DNA from: Rhodosorus marinus CCMP1338
Taxonomy: Eukaryota > Plantae > Rhodophyta
Assembly (NCBI GenBank): GCA_029953675.1
Contig: JAMWBK010000013.1
Location: 372,001-436,000, forward strand
Length of the DNA stretch: 64,000 nucleotides
Direction of reading: 5' to 3'
The notes beneath the pieces are model-generated. The model was not told the origin of the DNA and made no database searches. It worked only from the letters and a program-made list of their open reading frames with translations. The translations under genes and the position numbers were made by a program. This document shows positions 59,922 through 64,000 of the stretch, piece by piece; the stretch's first letter is position 1, and each line of letters opens with the position of its first letter.

Positions 59922-60885
59922 TTTACGCTCGAGTATCTCCAAAAACCCGCTACAAAATTATTACATTCACAACAACTTGCCTCAGCCGTTCTCACCCCTG
60001 CGCTACACACGACCTTCTACTCTGCCCCAGTCGTATGATCGCCAACAGCCTGTTTTAAGCTCTGTTTCCCCACCGAAGCAGCAAATCGGAAGCCAAACGG
60101 CCAAAAACGATCCTCTATTACTTGATCCGCGTCCTAATACCAAAAAAACGGGTTTCACCCTTTTTCGCAAACTTTTATGTGGCCAAAACAACCTCATCAA
60201 CAATGTCGAATGATCCCGCCCCACTCCCCACAAGAGAAATCTAATATCATTAAAATTTTGGACAGTACCTGAGTTAAATTTCCTTCAGAGTAAATTTTTT
60301 CTTCGTACATCTCCAGAAAATTCCAAAATAGCTGTCTTTTTAAATTCAGTTATATATTTTAATTGGTCAATAATTATTTAATTGTTAAAATAATAAGAGG
60401 GTCATATCCAAATCTCCTCCTGTTTTGTATGGAAAACGTGAAAACCCGTTTCCGCAGGATTTCAATTTCTCTCCGAAACACACAAAAGAGGCGCAAGTTT
60501 ACAATAATGCCATAATAGATCTGATATTTTATTAAGGTAAGCTTTTTCAATAGGCTGTTTTGTTTTAAGTTTTCCAAATTATGGTGCGTTGAAACTCCGT
60601 TTGAAAATGTCTAAAAAAACGAAGGTCTATTCAAACTTGGGCAATAATGGTTGGCTACATCTTATTGTTGAATTTTGAGAATAAGATGGATCATTTGAGG
60701 GTACTGATAATACTGATATCCTTACGGTTTTAACGGATACTCAACACGAAAAAACGGTTTACTTAATACCAGTAAGTTTGACCTCTCGAACTGTGCTTGT
60801 GGCCTTTTTAGAGGCACAGTCTCTGCCGTTGGGTGGTCTGCGATATCCGGCAGCGGGAGCGGGTCACGGCTCATTTGAGATCACT

Positions 60886-62232
60886 ATGGTGAGTCCCAAG
60901 CTGAGCTATAGGAAGGCTCCGAATTGGAGGATGCAGTCGTCCGCGGGCCTGTTCGGATGGAAGAGTTTCGTCATTGCGTGTGTTGCTCTTTCTTTGATTG
61001 CGCTCGGCGTGTACAGAGGAAGGCTGGTGCAGAAAGACAAAATCTCTACGACTCTGTTTATAGCGATCGGATCCAAGCCCTCGAACTTTCATCTTCGAGA
61101 ATCTGCGCGAAGATCCTGGCTGCAATGGACCTCTCCTGGGAACACTGAATATAAGTTTTTCAGTGACCACCCTCAGTATGCGGAGGACAGTGATAAGGAG
61201 CACGCCGAGAAACTGCTCTTTGAAGCTAAAGCTGTACGCGTAGATGAATCCAAGAGCCGTACCTCTTCCCCTGGGGTATCCAATATCGTTGTCATCTAAA
61301 ACTGCGTTTGTCACTCTCTTACAGGAAAAGGATATGGTGCTTATGAACATAGAAGGTGGCTACGGGACAAAAGAGGACAACAACTTCCTGGACAGAGCGC
61401 TCTATCAGTTTGAATACGCTTCCAGGAACTACGACTTTGACTACTTCCTTCGCGTGGACGACGACTCCTTTCTTTGTTTACACAGACTAATGTTTGAATT
61501 GAAATCCTATCCCAGTCAGCAATTCTTCATGGGAAGGTATGTACCAACGGGAGCACTGCGCACTGTAATCACATCCGATCACTTGCTTGTGTTGATCTGA
61601 TCAGACTTCTCGCTCAGGTTTTGGTGCAAACCTGGAAGGCATCGCGCGGACGAGAACTTTATGCTGTTCTCTTCCGACCTTGCTGAATTCATCGTCGGCC
61701 GAACGTCCTTAGTACCGATGGATCCCAGCGTCACGTTCGCTTGGAATTTTGGGCTACTCGCATACACGCTGAACCTAACCATTTTCGACGATCAGAAACG
61801 TATCGACGCGCAACAAGGATACCTAACAGACTACATGCACGCGAATTCATCGTCGAGAGCAAACTCTGATGGATATAAGGAGTTTTGTGAAAAGTCAGTA
61901 CTTCACTGGACATCGTATCTGACCGCGCTAGGAAGAGTACCCTTGTGGGCCCTGAACTCCAGCTTCAGGGGTCCCAAATGAATTAACTCTAACAAGCCCT
62001 TTCCGCGCTTACAAACTCACGACTGCTCAGGTACATCTACGCACATCACGTAAGACACGGCGATATCATGAAGAAGGTATACTCCTCGACACAGATACAT
62101 CTGCTGTACGATGCACCGGAAATGAGCAGTCATCGTGAATCCTGCAAAGCGACAGAACAGAGCTTCATCCCAGCGAGGCATTCGAAAACACTGCCTGACA
62201 TCATTGTGGGAACCAACAACGCCGCCGTTTAG
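60886..62232 (+). CDS. Galactosyltransferase, GT31 family, type II membrane protein, multi-exon
   Basis: TM helix (FVIACVALSLIALGVY), LFIAIGS...LRESARRSW, YKFF, DMVL, YDFDYFLRVDDDSFLCL.RL (DxD motif), then further exons to TAG at 62230-62232. Confidence 0.85.
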
Positions 62233-63362
62233 CTCCTAGGGGGGGTGTTGTGAGCGTGTAGAACGATTCGAGAATGTACAGGACTTCCATGTCCCGCTTG
62301 TCGGCGAAATTGAACAACTTAGCCCTCTGCCTTGCCGAACCGTCGACGTCCGGGATCGGTCGTTCGTGCGTGTTGTGAACGCCGATGTCAACTGCTTGAC
62401 ACTTCTGACTGTAGATACTGACAAGATTGTCGCTTAAAGAAATTGTAAATAGGCAGGAATATTTGATTGAGGAACACCAGCCTTTCCGGAAGTTAAAAGA
62501 ACGTAAAACAACTCGGGCGCTATGCTCGACCTACTCAGTCTGAGTGATTGTAGTTTTCATGAAGTAGAATGGAACTACACCCTAAGCTAAGCCCTTCTTG
62601 TGCCACCCAGCAGTGCCTACCATCCTTAGTTGTGGATTGCAAATAATATATAACGAAAATTGCGACGTCGTTGTGGACAGGCCTCTCACAAGCAGTCGGC
62701 CCACGTCTTGATAGGCCCCAGCCGCAAGTCTTCAACTGGGCATGTCGTATCCGATACCCTCGGCTTTTTATAGGCCTAATTCCAGCGCACTGCTCAAGCA
62801 CTAAGCGATTGCAGTGCACGTACCTAGGACTGCTCACTTTAGCCTTTCTAAGATGGAATTAGCTGGCAACTTGTCGAGGTAACGCTTAAGGATCTCTGGC
62901 ACTGAGCCATATTTTCTCTATGAGCCCGGTTGCAGTGCCTAAGAAAACCTCCGTACCTGAATACTCTGCATTTGAGAGGTCGGTGAGTAAACTTGTAACC
63001 GAACTGTTTGCAGGATCCTAAAAGCCAATTCTGGACTCAAACCTCTAAGAGTCTGTGATTTGTTTCTCCCCACCTACTCCTGCCATGTACGAATTCTGCA
63101 AGAGATGAGAGTAAAACCAGTACGCACCGCACCTACTACATCCTCCCTTTTCCTTGTGAGCTGGAAGATCTCCCAAGTTGAGTGGAATGATACGACATGC
63201 TAAATCCGGAATTTGATGAAATGATTGGTTACGATCGATGAATGTGTCAGCACCAGAGCTTCCGGCAATGCGTTTGCTTGATACGTCCAGGTTGATTGAC
63301 TTTTGCAAATGCCCGAAATAGCATTTGGACATGGAGCGGAGAAGGCTGCCGAGGCTCTTCAT
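62201..63362 (-). CDS. Probable multi-exon hypothetical protein; exon model unresolved
   Basis: Protein-like segments flanked by splice signals: MKSLGSLLRSMSK...INLD|, HVVSFHSTWEIFQLTRKREDVV, RKYGSVPEILKRYLDKLPANSILERL and KCQAVDIGVHNTHERPIPDVDGSARQRAKLFNFADKRDMEVLYILESFY. Confidence 0.35.
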
Positions 63363-63468
63363 GAATTTTGTGAGAAGGCGAAGGTTTTTAATTGTGTTGC
63401 AGTGTATCAATGATGGCGCTACAATCTACTTACTGAAGCTGTCTGCTGTGCGGGGCTTGTTGGAGGGG

Positions 63469-64000
63469 ATGGGTAACCTGGGCGGAAGCAAGTTTCTTGT
63501 AGTTGACGCTCTGGGATGGGCTGATGCTAAGGATGACCTGTTCGCCACGGCCTTGTCCAGGATTGATCCCTTAGAAAGTGGAGAAACGTATGAGGTTGTG
63601 AAGCCAAAGACTGGGGAGCACCTGCCGGAAACAGTTGAGGAGATTAAGCAGTATGACGGCATCGTAATTTCTGGTTCGGCAACATCAGCAAACGATGAAC
63701 TGGAATGGATCGACAAATTATCTGAGATGATAAGGATGATTGCAAGCCAAGATAAGACAAGGCTTGTTGGAATTTGTTTCGGTCATCAGCTTGTTGCCAA
63801 AGCGCTTGGTGGTAGTGTATTGAAGCAGGATACGTTCATATTGCAACCTGAGAGAATTGAACCTCTGAGCAGGTTGTGGACTGACAACGTGAGCGGCGCG
63901 TCACAGCTACTGCTGGAATCTCACGGAGACCAGGTTTCGTTAGCTCCGCCGGGTGCTGAGGTGTGACCAAGGCTTCGCCTCAGGCTGCCCCGATGAAATG
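63469..64000 (+). CDS. Class I glutamine amidotransferase-like protein (gamma-glutamyl peptidase/GMP-synthase-like), truncated at the window end
   Basis: YDGIVISGS, WI.KL, nucleophile elbow GICFGHQLVAKALGG and ESHGDQV..APPGAEV. A probable intron begins at 63961. The likely start is MGNLGG at 63469. Confidence 0.88.

Noticed and set aside
1-64000. tRNA and rRNA genes
   Set aside because: No cloverleaf with T-loop GTTCRA plus D-arm, and no rRNA-like conserved stretches, were recognised by eye. A tRNAscan-SE/Infernal run would be needed to exclude them fully.

Overview
Gene-dense eukaryotic nuclear DNA with many short (mostly about 55-140 nt) GT-AG introns, so the six-frame ORF track fragments most genes. 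A unicellular alga such as a rhodophyte is plausible, but this is inference from gene content and style only. About 22 protein-coding genes are well supported, in order: PNUTS/PPP1R10-like, a double-EH-domain protein, mercaptopyruvate sulfurtransferase, a C2H2 zinc-finger protein, EME1, a PPR protein, a small membrane protein, cyclophilin PPIL3, eIF3k, APC2, a GT71 mannosyltransferase, mitochondrial HslV, an ABCG transporter, homocysteine S-methyltransferase, thioredoxin, a MORN-variant/J-domain protein, a DUF3228 protein, arsenite methyltransferase, SMC6, a pentapeptide-repeat-like membrane protein, a GT31 galactosyltransferase and a class I glutamine amidotransferase-like protein truncated by the window end. 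The most striking signal is invisible in the ORF track. A 23-exon minus-strand gene at 56119-59921 has only phase-0 introns, and 18 consecutive exons of 63, 66 or 126 nt, each encoding one (or two) 21-22-aa coils of a pentapeptide-type beta-helix. Other notable items are a 44/45-bp dimeric minisatellite, a triplicated E2F-type site upstream of SMC6, a CUE-like domain on EME1, extra Cys-Cys pairs on the arsenite methyltransferase and two possible decayed hAT-like remnants. No tRNA, rRNA or CRISPR array was recognised. Exon coordinates were read by hand, and family assignments come from recalled motifs, not database searches.
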